Of a stretch of DNA of 32,000 bases, positions 9,833 to 18,664 are shown piece by piece. The DNA comes from Clostridia bacterium. GTDB lineage: Bacteria > Bacillota > Clostridia > Christensenellales > Aristaeellaceae. The position numbers and the translations under genes are program-made. The stretch is taken from positions 4,863 to 36,862 of the forward strand of contig JAUNDF010000007.1 in assembly GCA_030526225.1 (NCBI GenBank), in the 5' to 3' direction. The notes beneath the pieces were generated by a model. It was not told the DNA's origin. It did not search any database and saw only the letters and a list, made by a program, of their open reading frames with translations. The first letter of the stretch is position 1. The number at the start of each line of letters is the position of its first letter.

Positions 9833-10381
9833 ATGAAGATTGAGAGAATTGTCTGCGACCTGAACGGACACACGCTGGTGCTTCGGAGCGCCGAAAAAGA
9901 GGATGCACAGATGCTGCTTCCGTACCTGAAAAGAGTGTGCGGAGAAACGCGGTTCCTTCTCCGTGAGGCGGATGAATGCGGGGATATGACGCTGGAGCAG
10001 GAAGAATCGTTCATCGTCAGCCATATGGAGGATGAGAAGGCCTGCCTGCTGCTGGCAGAGCTGGACGGCGAATACGCGGGCAACGCTTCCTTCCATGCCG
10101 CGGGTGCAAGCAGGAGAAATGCCCATCGGGCAGACCTCGGCATTGCGCTGTATCAGGCGTATACAGGCATGGGCATCGGCAGAAAGCTGTTTTCTACCTT
10201 GCTGGACATTGTCAAGCAAAGCGGCTTTGAATCGGCATAGCTCACCGTGGTGGAGGGCAACGACCGGGCCATCAGCCTGTACAAGTCCTTCGGCTTTGTG
10301 GAGACGGGTCGAATCCTCAAGGCAAACAAGTACGATGACGGGACGTATTCCGATGATATTTTCATGATGAAGAAATTGTGA
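9833..10381 (+). CDS. GNAT family N-acetyltransferase with one in-frame TAG at 10238-10240. Under code 11 it is truncated at 10240.
   Basis: The same frame continues through the TAG: ...GMGIGRKLFSTLLDIVKQSGFESA[TAG]LTVVEGNDRAISLYKSFGFVETGRIL...MMKKL, then TGA at 10379-10381. The segment after the TAG is the indispensable GNAT motif B / beta-strand region (N..AI.LY...GF...G). Without it the 135-aa product would lack half of the fold. Confidence 0.8.
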
Positions 10382-10405
10382 TACAATGTGCAGGAGGTGC
10401 GGCCC

Positions 10406-10606
10406 GTGAATCAGTCGGAGCGCATGGAAGCCTTTGAAAAAATGCTGGCGGATATACAGGAGCGCGCCGCCTTTGAGCAGCGCAAAATGGAGGAACTGAA
10501 GGCCGCGGGCAAGGAGAAATCCGCCACCTATCGCCAGTACTTCGGCAACAAAATGCTCTACAAAATGATGCTCGATCAGTACCGGGCCTACGGACTGATG
10601 GAATAA
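10406..10606 (+). CDS. Small hypothetical protein, predicted helical/coiled coil
   Basis: AGGAGG at 10392-10397 is followed by GTG at 10406. The ATG at 10424 is an alternative start. The charged heptad-like sequence is MEAFEKMLADIQERAAFEQRKMEELKAAGKEK. Stop codon is TAA. Confidence 0.4.
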   Translation: MNQSERMEAFEKMLADIQERAAFEQRKMEELKAAGKEKSATYRQYFGNKMLYKMMLDQYRAYGLME

Positions 10607-10629
10607 ACCGACAGAAAAGAGGGATTGTC

Positions 10630-11310
10630 ATGAAGATTCCCGCAGGGTTTCTGACGCCCACGGACTTGAATGCCGTGGCATCAAAGGACAGCGGCTACAT
10701 CAACAACAAGGGCGCAAAGCTGTACGCCATGGAGGAGTACCCCGCCGCGGTGGAATACTACCGGCTGGCGGCGGCCATGGGGGATGTACACGCGGTGTCC
10801 AATCTGGGCTACTGCTATCTGTACGGCCGTGCCATGGAGCCGGATGTGCAGCTGGCCATCGCCTATTTCCAGACCGCAGCCATGAAGGGCGATGTGGATG
10901 CCGCCTACAAGCTGGGCGATATCTACGGCAGAGACAAATGGGGCGTGATGGACACGGAAATGTCCCTGTACTACTACCGGATGGCTGTGGGCCTGATTGC
11001 CCCCGACTTGGGCAATGATGCCCGGAGCGTGGTGTTCTGCGACCGGCTGACTGACTACCCCAGCCTGTGCCTTGCCATGGGCCGTGCGTTTATGCCGGGC
11101 GGCATGCTGAATACCGATGTGGAGACGGCCTTCTGCTTCCTGAAAAAGGCGGAGGAGGGCTACGCAATCCAGCTGGCCAACGGACAGAAAATGTATGAAA
11201 AGTCCATGGAGCAGGTACAGCAGCTGCTGGACAACCCTGTTTTTGATTCCATCGGCTTCAAATTCCGGGACATGTTCGATGATGACATCGGGGAGTTTGA
11301 GGACGAATAA
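10630..11310 (+). CDS. Sel1-like (SLR/TPR) repeat protein
   Basis: 226 aa. Repeated A..YY..AA..G...A...LG.CY..G units, for example AVEYYRLAAAMGDVHAVSNLGYCYLYGRAM and AIAYFQTAAMKGDVDAAYKLGDIYG. Acidic tail. Stop codon is TAA. Confidence 0.75.
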   Translation: MKIPAGFLTPTDLNAVASKDSGYINNKGAKLYAMEEYPAAVEYYRLAAAMGDVHAVSNLGYCYLYGRAMEPDVQLAIAYFQTAAMKGDVDAAYKLGDIYGRDKWGVMDTEMSLYYYRMAVGLIAPDLGNDARSVVFCDRLTDYPSLCLAMGRAFMPGGMLNTDVETAFCFLKKAEEGYAIQLANGQKMYEKSMEQVQQLLDNPVFDSIGFKFRDMFDDDIGEFEDE

Positions 11311-11347
11311 GCTGTCAATCATCCAATCGATTAAGGAGGAATGACCC

Positions 11348-12022
11348 ATGTATTTTGACCCTACCTACATTCTCGTGATTATCGGTGCCGCCGTTTGCGG
11401 TCTGGCTTCCATGCACGTGAAGAACACCTTCAACAAGTACAACGACCTGTACAGCAGCGTGACGGCGCAGGAGGTGGCAGCCACCATGCTCCGCGATGCC
11501 GGCATTGACGATGTGCGCATCGAGTCCGTTTCCGGCAGCCTGACCGACCACTATGACCCCACCCAGAAGGTGCTTCGTCTCAGCGAAAGCGTGTACGGCT
11601 CTTACTCTGTGGCTGCCATCGGTGTGGCGGCCCACGAATGCGGCCATGCCATCCAGCACAAGGAAGGCTACATGCCCCTGAAGCTGCGCTCCCTGTCTGT
11701 GCCTGCGGCCAACTTTGGCTCTGTGCTGTCCTGGCCGCTGATGGTGCTGGGCATCATTCTGGGCTACAGACCCCTGACCACCATCGGCATTTTGCTGTTC
11801 AGTCTGGTGGTGCTGTTCCAGCTGATTACCCTGCCTGTGGAGTTCAATGCCTCCAGCCGCGCGCTGGCCATCCTCGACGGCAAGGGCGTTCTGCGCGGTG
11901 AACAGCTGCAGGGCGCAAAGGCCGTGCTCAGCGCCGCCGCCATGACCTATGTGGCCGCTTTGTTCAGCTCCATGATGCAGCTGACCCGCCTGATTCTGAT
12001 TTCCAAACGCAACGACGATTGA
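11348..12022 (+). CDS. Membrane zinc metallopeptidase, YugP/Zn_peptidase_2 family
   Basis: 224 aa. MYFDPTYILVIIGA..., LTDHYDP, AAHECGHAIQH (HExxH) and TLPVEFNASSRAL match this family throughout. AAGGAGGA ribosome-binding site. Stop codon is TGA. Confidence 0.85.
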   Translation: MYFDPTYILVIIGAAVCGLASMHVKNTFNKYNDLYSSVTAQEVAATMLRDAGIDDVRIESVSGSLTDHYDPTQKVLRLSESVYGSYSVAAIGVAAHECGHAIQHKEGYMPLKLRSLSVPAANFGSVLSWPLMVLGIILGYRPLTTIGILLFSLVVLFQLITLPVEFNASSRALAILDGKGVLRGEQLQGAKAVLSAAAMTYVAALFSSMMQLTRLILISKRNDD

Positions 12023-12052
12023 TTTCAACCGACCATCCGAAAGGAATCAGCC

Positions 12053-12511
12053 ATGATTACACTGCACAAAATCGACGAATCCAACTTCCTTTCGGCCTTC
12101 CGGCTGCAGCTGGGGGAGGGGCAGGAGAAATACGTGTCCGGCCCCATCCGCAGTCTGGCCCAGGCATATGTGTACCGCGACCAGTGCCAGCCCTTCGGCA
12201 TCTTCCACGGGGAGGAAATGGTGGGCTATGTGATGGTCATCTGCGACTACGATGTGCCGGAGTACGATATCTGGCACATGATGATTGACAAGGCGCATCA
12301 GGGCAGGGGCTATGGCCGCAAAGCCATGGAGCAGGTGCTTGCGTACATCGGCACAAAGCCCTTCGGTGATTACAGCCGGGTGTGCCTCACCTGCCACGAG
12401 GAAAACGAAGCCGCCCTGCGTCTGTATCGCAGTCTTGGCTTTGCCCCCACCGGCAGCCGGGACGAAGAAGAAATTGAACTGGTGCTTGATATTGCACCGA
12501 CGGAGGCATAA
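12053..12511 (+). CDS. GNAT family N-acetyltransferase (diamine/spermidine acetyltransferase-like)
   Basis: 152 aa. Contains HQGRGYGRKAMEQVL (acetyl-CoA motif A) and NEAALRLYRSLGF (motif B). Stop codon is TAA. Confidence 0.8.
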   Translation: MITLHKIDESNFLSAFRLQLGEGQEKYVSGPIRSLAQAYVYRDQCQPFGIFHGEEMVGYVMVICDYDVPEYDIWHMMIDKAHQGRGYGRKAMEQVLAYIGTKPFGDYSRVCLTCHEENEAALRLYRSLGFAPTGSRDEEEIELVLDIAPTEA

Positions 12512-12514
12512 CCT

Positions 12515-13660
12515 ATGGAACAACAACGCAGGCGTCTGGCAGCCACCGGCTACCTGGCCTTCCTCTTCAGCGGCCTTTGCGCCATTTCTGCCGGTGTGGT
12601 GGTCAGCATCCTGAAGGAAAAGTACCAGCTGTCCTTCGGCATGTCGGGCACGCTGCTGTCGCTGATGAGCGTGGGCAACATGGCGGCATCCTTTGCCGCA
12701 GGACTTCTGCCGGGAAAAATCGGCACGAAGAAAACCGTGGCACTGCTGTGCATCGGGTACTTTGTCGGGTATCTGCTGACGGCCTTCTTCAGTCAGGTGG
12801 GCATCCTGATGGGCGCATTTTTGCTCATCGGCATTGCCAAGGGCTGTGCCATCAACAACTGCACGGTGCTGGTGGGCAACAACGCCGCCGACCGGGCCAA
12901 GGGCATGAGCCTGATGCATGCCTTCTACGCCGTGGGTGCCATGGTGGGTCCCTTTGTGATTACTGCCCTTGCCATGATTAACAACACCATGCCCATGCTT
13001 GGCCTCGCGTTGGGCGGTCTGGTGATGTGGCTGATTTTCATGGCGGCCGGGCTTGACAACAAGCCTGCCAAGAAGGCGGACGGCAAGACCACGGACTTCT
13101 CCTTCCTCAAGGACCTGCGCTTCTGGCTTTTGACAGGGCTGATTTTCTTCCAAAACAGCGCCGAAACCGCCGTGACCGGCTGGCTGGTGACCTACTACAA
13201 GGACAGCGCCATCCTCAGCGGCACACTGAGCACCTACACGGTGACCATCATGTGGGGCGCAACATTGGCGGCTCGGCTTCTGATTGCCTTCGTGTTCCCG
13301 ATTAAGAACACCTTCAAGGCGCTGGCCATCATGGGCGCGGGCTGCGTGGTGCTGTACTTCGGGCTGGTCAGTGCGGTGACGCCGGTGATGGCCATCGTGA
13401 TGCTGGCAGGCTTTGCCTTTGCCATGGCGGGGGTCAATCCCGTGGGCATGGCCGGTGTTGGCAAGCAGATGAACGCCACCACCGTAGGTGTGCTGATTCC
13501 TCTTGCCGCCCTCGGACAGATTGTGATGCCCTGGATTATCGGCATCGCTGCTGACGGCATCGGCCTGCAGGCCGCCATGTGGCTGAACCTGATTCCCTGC
13601 GTCGGCATCGTGGTGATGAGCATCTGGATTATGATGCTGGATAAGAAAAAAGGTATATAA
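12515..13660 (+). CDS. MFS transporter
   Basis: 381 aa with about 12 hydrophobic segments in a 6+6 organisation. GGAGG ribosome-binding site. The start is 4 nt after the preceding GNAT stop. Stop codon is TAA. Confidence 0.85.
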   Translation: MEQQRRRLAATGYLAFLFSGLCAISAGVVVSILKEKYQLSFGMSGTLLSLMSVGNMAASFAAGLLPGKIGTKKTVALLCIGYFVGYLLTAFFSQVGILMGAFLLIGIAKGCAINNCTVLVGNNAADRAKGMSLMHAFYAVGAMVGPFVITALAMINNTMPMLGLALGGLVMWLIFMAAGLDNKPAKKADGKTTDFSFLKDLRFWLLTGLIFFQNSAETAVTGWLVTYYKDSAILSGTLSTYTVTIMWGATLAARLLIAFVFPIKNTFKALAIMGAGCVVLYFGLVSAVTPVMAIVMLAGFAFAMAGVNPVGMAGVGKQMNATTVGVLIPLAALGQIVMPWIIGIAADGIGLQAAMWLNLIPCVGIVVMSIWIMMLDKKKGI

Positions 13661-13677
13661 TTGATTTCATCAAAAAA

Positions 13678-13705
13678 GGGACTGTGAAGCAATTTTCACA
13701 GTCCC
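13678..13705. terminator. Bidirectional rho-independent terminator (CTGTGAA/TTCACAG hairpin family)
   Basis: GGGACTGTGAA (13678-13688), loop GCAATT, TTCACAGTCCC (13695-13705). An A-run lies upstream and a T-rich stretch downstream. It sits between convergent genes. Confidence 0.75.
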
Positions 13706-13723
13706 TATTTGTATACAGAAAAA

Positions 13724-14089
13724 TTACTTCCCGCCCCGCAGCTTCCGGGCGGCGTTGGTGTAGATGGCTACGCCCACCACGATGCCAACGAAATTGAGCA
13801 GCATGCCGGCGGTGACGGTGGTGGCACCGGCGGTGAACAGGGGCAGGGGCAGGTAGCACAGGCAGATGAAGCTGGCACCAATGATGGCCAGGGCCATGCC
13901 GTAGGGGAGGGAGAACTTCTTCAGGGATTGGGCGGAATACCGGGCGCCGCTTCTGCCAAAGCCGATGGGCTTGCGGCGAATCATGGAGGATACGCCGGTG
14001 CAGATGAGCAGGATGGCCAGCACCACCAGAATAAAGTTCTTGCTGATCATCAGGTTGTTGGCGCTTTCAGTCACAGCGGATGCGAACAT
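13724..14089 (-). CDS. Hypothetical membrane protein
   Basis: 121 aa with 3-4 hydrophobic helices. GAAAGAAGG ribosome-binding site about 8 nt upstream. Stop codon is TAA. I do not recognise a family. Confidence 0.5.
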   Translation of the reverse strand: MFASAVTESANNLMISKNFILVVLAILLICTGVSSMIRRKPIGFGRSGARYSAQSLKKFSLPYGMALAIIGASFICLCYLPLPLFTAGATTVTAGMLLNFVGIVVGVAIYTNAARKLRGGK

Positions 14090-14135
14090 GGTCGGAACCT
14101 TCTTTCATTGGAGCTTTGGGAATTGTGATACTGAC

Positions 14136-14165
14136 AGTATACAGAACAGAGCGGGCAAAAGTCAA
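14136..14165 (-). promoter_or_regulatory. Candidate SigA-type promoter for the 13724-14089 gene
   Basis: Minus strand reads TTGACT (14165-14160)-N18-TATACT (14141-14136), about 45 nt upstream of the start codon. Confidence 0.45.
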
Positions 14166-14190
14166 ACTGGAATTTGATGATGCGCTGCAT

Positions 14191-14227
14191 AACAAAACCG
14201 GGAAGCCGCTTTGCAGCAGCCTCCCGG
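14191..14227 (-). terminator. Rho-independent terminator after the lipoprotein gene
   Basis: Minus strand reads CCGGGAGGCTGC-TGCAAA-GCGGCTTCCCGG (imperfect 12-bp stem) followed by TTTTGTTAT. Confidence 0.6.
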
Positions 14228-14245
14228 GGAAAGGGGCAGGGGTTA

Positions 14246-15736
14246 TCAGTTCTGGCTGTTGACCAGCATGCCGAAGGTGGATTCGGGCAGGGAGAAGAGC
14301 ACGCCCAGATAGTTCTGGATGGCGGAGCTGGAGATTTCTTCACCAAGTGCCTCCAGCTCTTCACCGGTCATGCTCAGGGGATGCACGGCATCGGCGATGT
14401 TGATTTCGGGCAGCTTGATGTCATCCACCAGCGTGTTGGCGGTAACGGTCACATAGTTGGTGTCCTTGCCGTCGGTCACGGAGAAGGAGGTCACGTTTTC
14501 AGCCTTGTCGCCCTTGTAGTCGGTGACGGCGCTGTAGTTGATGCCGAAGGTGATGACTTCGTCGCCGTCCATGGCCTTCCATACGGTGTCAACAGCGGTG
14601 GCCTTTTGAGCTTCGGTATCGGTGGTCTTCACCGTGCCGGTGATGTCCATGCCGTCGGTCAGCTTGTCCTCGGCATCCACAGCGCCCATGATGAAGTGCC
14701 AGTCGGCGATGTTCAGGCCGATAACGGCGTTTTCAGTGCCGTTGGTCAGCACAAACAGGACATCGTGGTTCACCTTTTCGCCATCGGTCAGGCGGTTGTA
14801 GGTCAGGGTGCACTTCAGGTCGGTGGTGGTGTCGGCCCATGCATCCACAGCCACGGATTCTCCCTTGTCATTGATGTAGGCAACGGCATTCAGGGTCTTC
14901 ACGGTCTTGCAGGCAGCGGATACCTGGGTGCGCAGCTCGGCGAAGAACTCTTCCACGGTCATGGGCTTTGCTTCGGCGGGAGCTTCTTCCTCACCGGTAG
15001 CCAGCACATTGGCGGCAGCGCCGGAGACGGAGGATTCAGCACCGGTCACCTGCAGGGTCACATTCTGGGATTCCAGCAGGGTCTTTACATAGCCGGAGAA
15101 GGCTTCGTTGTTTTCCAGCATGTTGATGACGGCGAGAATCAGCTCTTCGTATTCTTCACCGGTGATGACCAGGGTGGCCTTGACGATGGCAGGATCGTGG
15201 CTGTCAGAGGTGAATTCACCCTGCTCGGACTCAACCTTCTGTACCCACTTGGCAATGATGTCAATGATGGGCTTCATTTCTTCGTCGGTGATGGCGCCGG
15301 TCTGCTGGCCGGCACCGTTCAGGAAGGCCTGCAGCTGGGCCATGGTTTCCTCGGGAATCATCTTGATGATGGTTTCCAGCAGCTGCTGCAGTTCCTTTTC
15401 GGAAACGGCAACGGTCTTTTCGCCCAGCAGGGTGCTGGTCAGGTACAGGGAGTCGCCCTCGGTCTTGAAGTCCGCGGTGACAACCTCCTCACCCTGCAGA
15501 CCGATGCCCAGGTGAGCCTGTTCCTTGTTGCCGGTCATGTTCAGGGTCAGGGCGTTGAACAGGTCGACAATGGGCTTTGCGTCTTCACCGAAGTCGCCCA
15601 CGGTGAAGGAAACGGTGGTGGATACCTCCTTGCCTGCAGCCAGGGCATCGGCAAGGAAGCCGCCTTCTGCGCAGCTGATGACGGGGAGAACCAGCATCAC
15701 CAGAGCGGCCAGAACGGACAGAATCTTTTTCATCAT
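14246..15736 (-). CDS. Putative lipoprotein of unknown function, last gene of the GntR-ABC operon
   Basis: Start is at the MMKKILSVLAALVMLVLPVISC motif (lipobox-like VISC), with GGAGG 10 nt upstream. 496 aa, acidic, Thr/Val-rich. Stop codon is TGA. The longer ORF that starts at 15805 lacks a ribosome-binding site. Confidence 0.7.
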   Translation of the reverse strand: MMKKILSVLAALVMLVLPVISCAEGGFLADALAAGKEVSTTVSFTVGDFGEDAKPIVDLFNALTLNMTGNKEQAHLGIGLQGEEVVTADFKTEGDSLYLTSTLLGEKTVAVSEKELQQLLETIIKMIPEETMAQLQAFLNGAGQQTGAITDEEMKPIIDIIAKWVQKVESEQGEFTSDSHDPAIVKATLVITGEEYEELILAVINMLENNEAFSGYVKTLLESQNVTLQVTGAESSVSGAAANVLATGEEEAPAEAKPMTVEEFFAELRTQVSAACKTVKTLNAVAYINDKGESVAVDAWADTTTDLKCTLTYNRLTDGEKVNHDVLFVLTNGTENAVIGLNIADWHFIMGAVDAEDKLTDGMDITGTVKTTDTEAQKATAVDTVWKAMDGDEVITFGINYSAVTDYKGDKAENVTSFSVTDGKDTNYVTVTANTLVDDIKLPEINIADAVHPLSMTGEELEALGEEISSSAIQNYLGVLFSLPESTFGMLVNSQN

Positions 15737-15860
15737 TTTCAATACACCTCCAAATGTATTTGTTCTTGTTGCTTTCATCAGCATTGCGATGTGCAATGCA
15801 TCCATCTGTTAATACAACGATTGAGCGGGGCGGGTTCATCCGCCGGTAAGAAAATTTGTC

Positions 15861-16604
15861 TTACACGCTCAGGTAACGGTCCATCATAAAGGCGGTGGCG
15901 AAGTACATCACCGCGGTGATGATCAGGGACACGCCGCCGGAAATCAGCATGGCGGCAACGAAGGTACCGGCAGGGGGAATCAGACCGCTGATCCAGCCGA
16001 AGACCATGTTCAGTACCACGAACAGGGCGAAGGCGGCGAGACCGGCAAACTTCTTGCCGTTGAGCAGGGAGCAGGCAAACACATCGGAGAAGGCGGCGGT
16101 CACCACCGTGGCCAGCCAGCTGCACAGCAGCATGCCGCAGAAGGAAATGATTTCAGGGCTGGTGAAGTGAATCTGATCGGTGAACTGCTTCATCACGGAA
16201 CGGAAGAACTCCAGCAGCTGGTCCAGCTGACCGAACTTGCCGAACAGCAGCGTTACATCCAGGAAGCCCAGCGCGCCGAAGAAGACGGCCATCAGCAGCA
16301 TGGAAAGACTGCATTCAAGAACCTTTGCGCCGAGGATTTTGTAGGAGCTGTTGGGGGTCATAAAGAGCATGTAGCTCTGCTTGGTGCTCATGTCCTTGTG
16401 CAGCGTCAGCAGGCTCTGCAGGCCGATGATGATGACGCCGAAGGTGGCTACAAAAATCAGCAGGCCGGCGCCGGTGGACATCCATTGTTCGTTGTTGCCG
16501 TACAGACCAAACATGAACATGATCTGCAGCAGCAGGGTCAGGCCAACAACCACCAGCTTGGTGGTTCTGGTTTTGCGGAACTCATATTTCATCAGCTGAA
16601 GCAT
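15861..16604 (-). CDS. ABC-2 type transporter permease
   Basis: 247 aa with about 6 transmembrane segments. The start is 2 nt after the stop of the ABC ATPase gene. Stop codon is TAA. Confidence 0.7.
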   Translation of the reverse strand: MLQLMKYEFRKTRTTKLVVVGLTLLLQIMFMFGLYGNNEQWMSTGAGLLIFVATFGVIIIGLQSLLTLHKDMSTKQSYMLFMTPNSSYKILGAKVLECSLSMLLMAVFFGALGFLDVTLLFGKFGQLDQLLEFFRSVMKQFTDQIHFTSPEIISFCGMLLCSWLATVVTAAFSDVFACSLLNGKKFAGLAAFALFVVLNMVFGWISGLIPPAGTFVAAMLISGGVSLIITAVMYFATAFMMDRYLSV

Positions 16605-16606
16605 GA

Positions 16607-17308
16607 TTAAATCGCCTCCGTATGTCCGAAAATTTCGCGGTATCTGTCTGCCATGGATTTGCCGTCGTTTTCGCGCATTTCCTCCAGGTCGCGGACCTCA
16701 ATCAGGTTGCCCTGGGAAATGAACACGGCGCGGTCGGCGATGTTTTCCATCTCCTCCACCAGGTGGCTGGACAGCAGCAGCAGCTTGTTGTCGGCGGCTG
16801 CGTTGAGGATGCAGGCGCGGATGTCATCGCGGGCCAGCAGGTCAATGCCGTTGAAGGGCTCGTCGAGCATGTACACCTTGGCATCACGGGCCAGTGTCAC
16901 GGCGACCTTCATTTTGGCGGTCATACCGGAGGACAGGCTCTTGATTTTGTCCTTGGGGTTCAGGTTCAGCTGACCAATCAGCTTGTCGTACACGGCCATG
17001 TCGAAGTCCTTGAAGAAATCGGCATAGTACTTGCCGGCATCGCCGATGGTCATCCAGTCGTAGAAGTAGGGCTCGGTGGACAGGTACGCCACCTGAGCAC
17101 GGCTTGCGATGGATACGGGCTCGCCGTTGAAGTAAACGGTACCGGCGGTGGGCTTAATCAGCCCGGCGGCCATTTTCATCCAGGTGGTTTTGCCGCTGCC
17201 GTTGGGGCCCATCATGGCGTAAATGTGGCCGGGCTCCAGCTTCAGGGTAATGGCGTTGACAGCCGTTTTGCTGCCAAACTTTTTCGTCAGCTCTCTGCTT
17301 TCAAGCAT
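16607..17308 (-). CDS. ABC transporter ATP-binding protein
   Basis: Walker A (GPNGSGKTT), signature (LSSGM), Walker B (VYMLDEPFNGID). I chose the ATG at 17308 (MLESRELTKKFG). It overlaps the GntR stop as ATGCTTGA, which implies translational coupling. Confidence 0.9.
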   Translation of the reverse strand: MLESRELTKKFGSKTAVNAITLKLEPGHIYAMMGPNGSGKTTWMKMAAGLIKPTAGTVYFNGEPVSIASRAQVAYLSTEPYFYDWMTIGDAGKYYADFFKDFDMAVYDKLIGQLNLNPKDKIKSLSSGMTAKMKVAVTLARDAKVYMLDEPFNGIDLLARDDIRACILNAAADNKLLLLSSHLVEEMENIADRAVFISQGNLIEVRDLEEMRENDGKSMADRYREIFGHTEAI

Positions 17309-17666
17309 TGCTGTGTTCCTCCTCAATCATAAGCATATGGATGGCTTCCTCCTTGGTGAAGCCGAGGGTCCGCATGGCGGTCAGGCAGGCGGTGATGGCC
17401 TCCTGTGCCATGGCGATGCGCAGGGCGGTGATGTGGTCTGCATCCTGGGTGACGAAGGTGCCGAGGCCGCGCCGCGTTTCGCAAACGCCCTCCCGCTCCA
17501 GCTCCTGATAAACACGGGCGGCTGTGTTGGGGTTGATGGCGTAGCGCACGGCAAGATCGCGGCTTGACTGCAGCTTCTCACCCGGCCGTAAAGCACCGGA
17601 TGCGATATCACTCTTGATTTCATTGGCAACCTGCAGCCATATGGGTGCGGTTGGTTTAAAATCCAT
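17301..17666 (-). CDS. GntR family transcriptional regulator, YtrA subfamily
   Basis: 121 aa. Winged helix-turn-helix (LQSSRDLAVRYAINPNTAARVYQELEREGV) with a short C-terminal tail typical of YtrA-type regulators that precede ABC genes. Stop codon is TGA. Confidence 0.9.
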   Translation of the reverse strand: MDFKPTAPIWLQVANEIKSDIASGALRPGEKLQSSRDLAVRYAINPNTAARVYQELEREGVCETRRGLGTFVTQDADHITALRIAMAQEAITACLTAMRTLGFTKEEAIHMLMIEEEHSNA

Positions 17667-17697
17667 CGAATGCCTCCCTTGGTGCTTTGGTGATATA

Positions 17698-17719
17698 GTG
17701 TACGATGTGAAAAGTACAC
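17698..17719. promoter_or_regulatory. Candidate GntR/YtrA operator (inverted repeat) in the operon leader. A TTGACA box lies nearby at 17734-17739 on the minus strand.
   Basis: GTGTAC (17698-17703)-N10-GTACAC (17714-17719), located 30-50 nt upstream of the GntR start and just downstream of a minus-strand TTGACA. Confidence 0.35.
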
Positions 17720-17847
17720 CAGTACGGCGGGATTGTCAAGGGGTTTGTGAAAGTTTTTTTACATTTTGTGGAAGCTTCTTTCGCAAGCTTCACATCTGTT
17801 CATACATCCGAAGTGGAGGGGAGGGCCGATGGAAGGGAAAATAAAAA

Positions 17848-17871
17848 AGCTGTGAAGCAAAATTCACAGCT
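17848..17871 (-). terminator. Rho-independent terminator after the YoaP-like GNAT gene (CTGTGAA/TTCACAG family)
   Basis: AGCTGTGAA-GCAAAA-TTCACAGCT. On the minus strand it is followed by TTTTTTAT. Confidence 0.75.
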
Positions 17872-17881
17872 TAAGTACACC

Positions 17882-18628
17882 TTACCCTTTCTTCAACAGT
17901 TTCTCCAGCGCCGCTGTTTCCAGCAGATTGACGCTGATGAACTTCCCCTTGTAGAACGCGCCGAAGTTATTAAACACGCAGGGGAGCGCCTTGGCCTTTT
18001 CCAGCGTATCCACATGGTGCAGCACCAGCGGAACATCATGGGTGCGGCAGTATTCCTCCAGCGCCGCCACCTTCATGGGGATAAAGGGACACTGGTCGGA
18101 GTAGTACACGGTCAGCGCTTCGTCATCAATGTGCTGTGCCTTGGCGGCGGGGGCAAACCGGGGGAGGGTGCCGTCAAAGGAGAGGGCCAGCAGCAGGTAG
18201 CTGTCATCCGTTTCATCCACCGCTGCAAAGCCGTGCTTCATGGCAAAGGCCTGATTGGACAGCCAGTTCTTCTGCTTTCTTGCACCCAGCATGCAGATGC
18301 CGGATTTCCCCTCGGCTTTGGCCTGATTGATGCAGTCCTCCAGCAGTCTGGTGGCATAGCCGTTCCCCTTCAGGGCACCATCCACCCAAAGGCAGTAAAT
18401 GTACAGGTAGTTGTCGCCGAGGACGGGCACCCACGCCTTTTCCAGCGGCGCATATTCGATAAAGCAGCAGCCCTTGTCATCCAGCTTGCGGAACACATGC
18501 CCCTCGGGGATGCGGCTTTGCAGCCAGCGGCGCTTTGTATCCACACCGGGATGCGCCTTCTTGCGGATGATACAGCACAGATGCTCCGTCTGCACGGTGC
18601 TTCCATCAAGGGTGATAAACTCGCACAT
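17882..18628 (-). CDS. GNAT N-acetyltransferase with a YoaP-like C-terminal domain
   Basis: 248 aa. The N-terminal half has a GNAT core (LKGNGYATRLLEDCINQAKAEG...AFAMKHGF). The C-terminal half (LTVYYSDQCPFIP...FNNFGAFYKGKFIS) resembles the YoaP-like domain. Stop codon is TAA. Confidence 0.75.
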   Translation of the reverse strand: MCEFITLDGSTVQTEHLCCIIRKKAHPGVDTKRRWLQSRIPEGHVFRKLDDKGCCFIEYAPLEKAWVPVLGDNYLYIYCLWVDGALKGNGYATRLLEDCINQAKAEGKSGICMLGARKQKNWLSNQAFAMKHGFAAVDETDDSYLLLALSFDGTLPRFAPAAKAQHIDDEALTVYYSDQCPFIPMKVAALEEYCRTHDVPLVLHHVDTLEKAKALPCVFNNFGAFYKGKFISVNLLETAALEKLLKKG

Positions 18629-18664
18629 GGGGCAGCTTCCTTTCCGATTGATTGGGCGAACGGG

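Noticed and set aside
10032-10367. 111-aa alternative-frame ORF covering the tail of the GNAT gene
   Set aside because: It is Arg/Trp/Ser/Thr-rich with no motifs. The GNAT frame, read through the TAG, yields the canonical motif B, which explains the open region.
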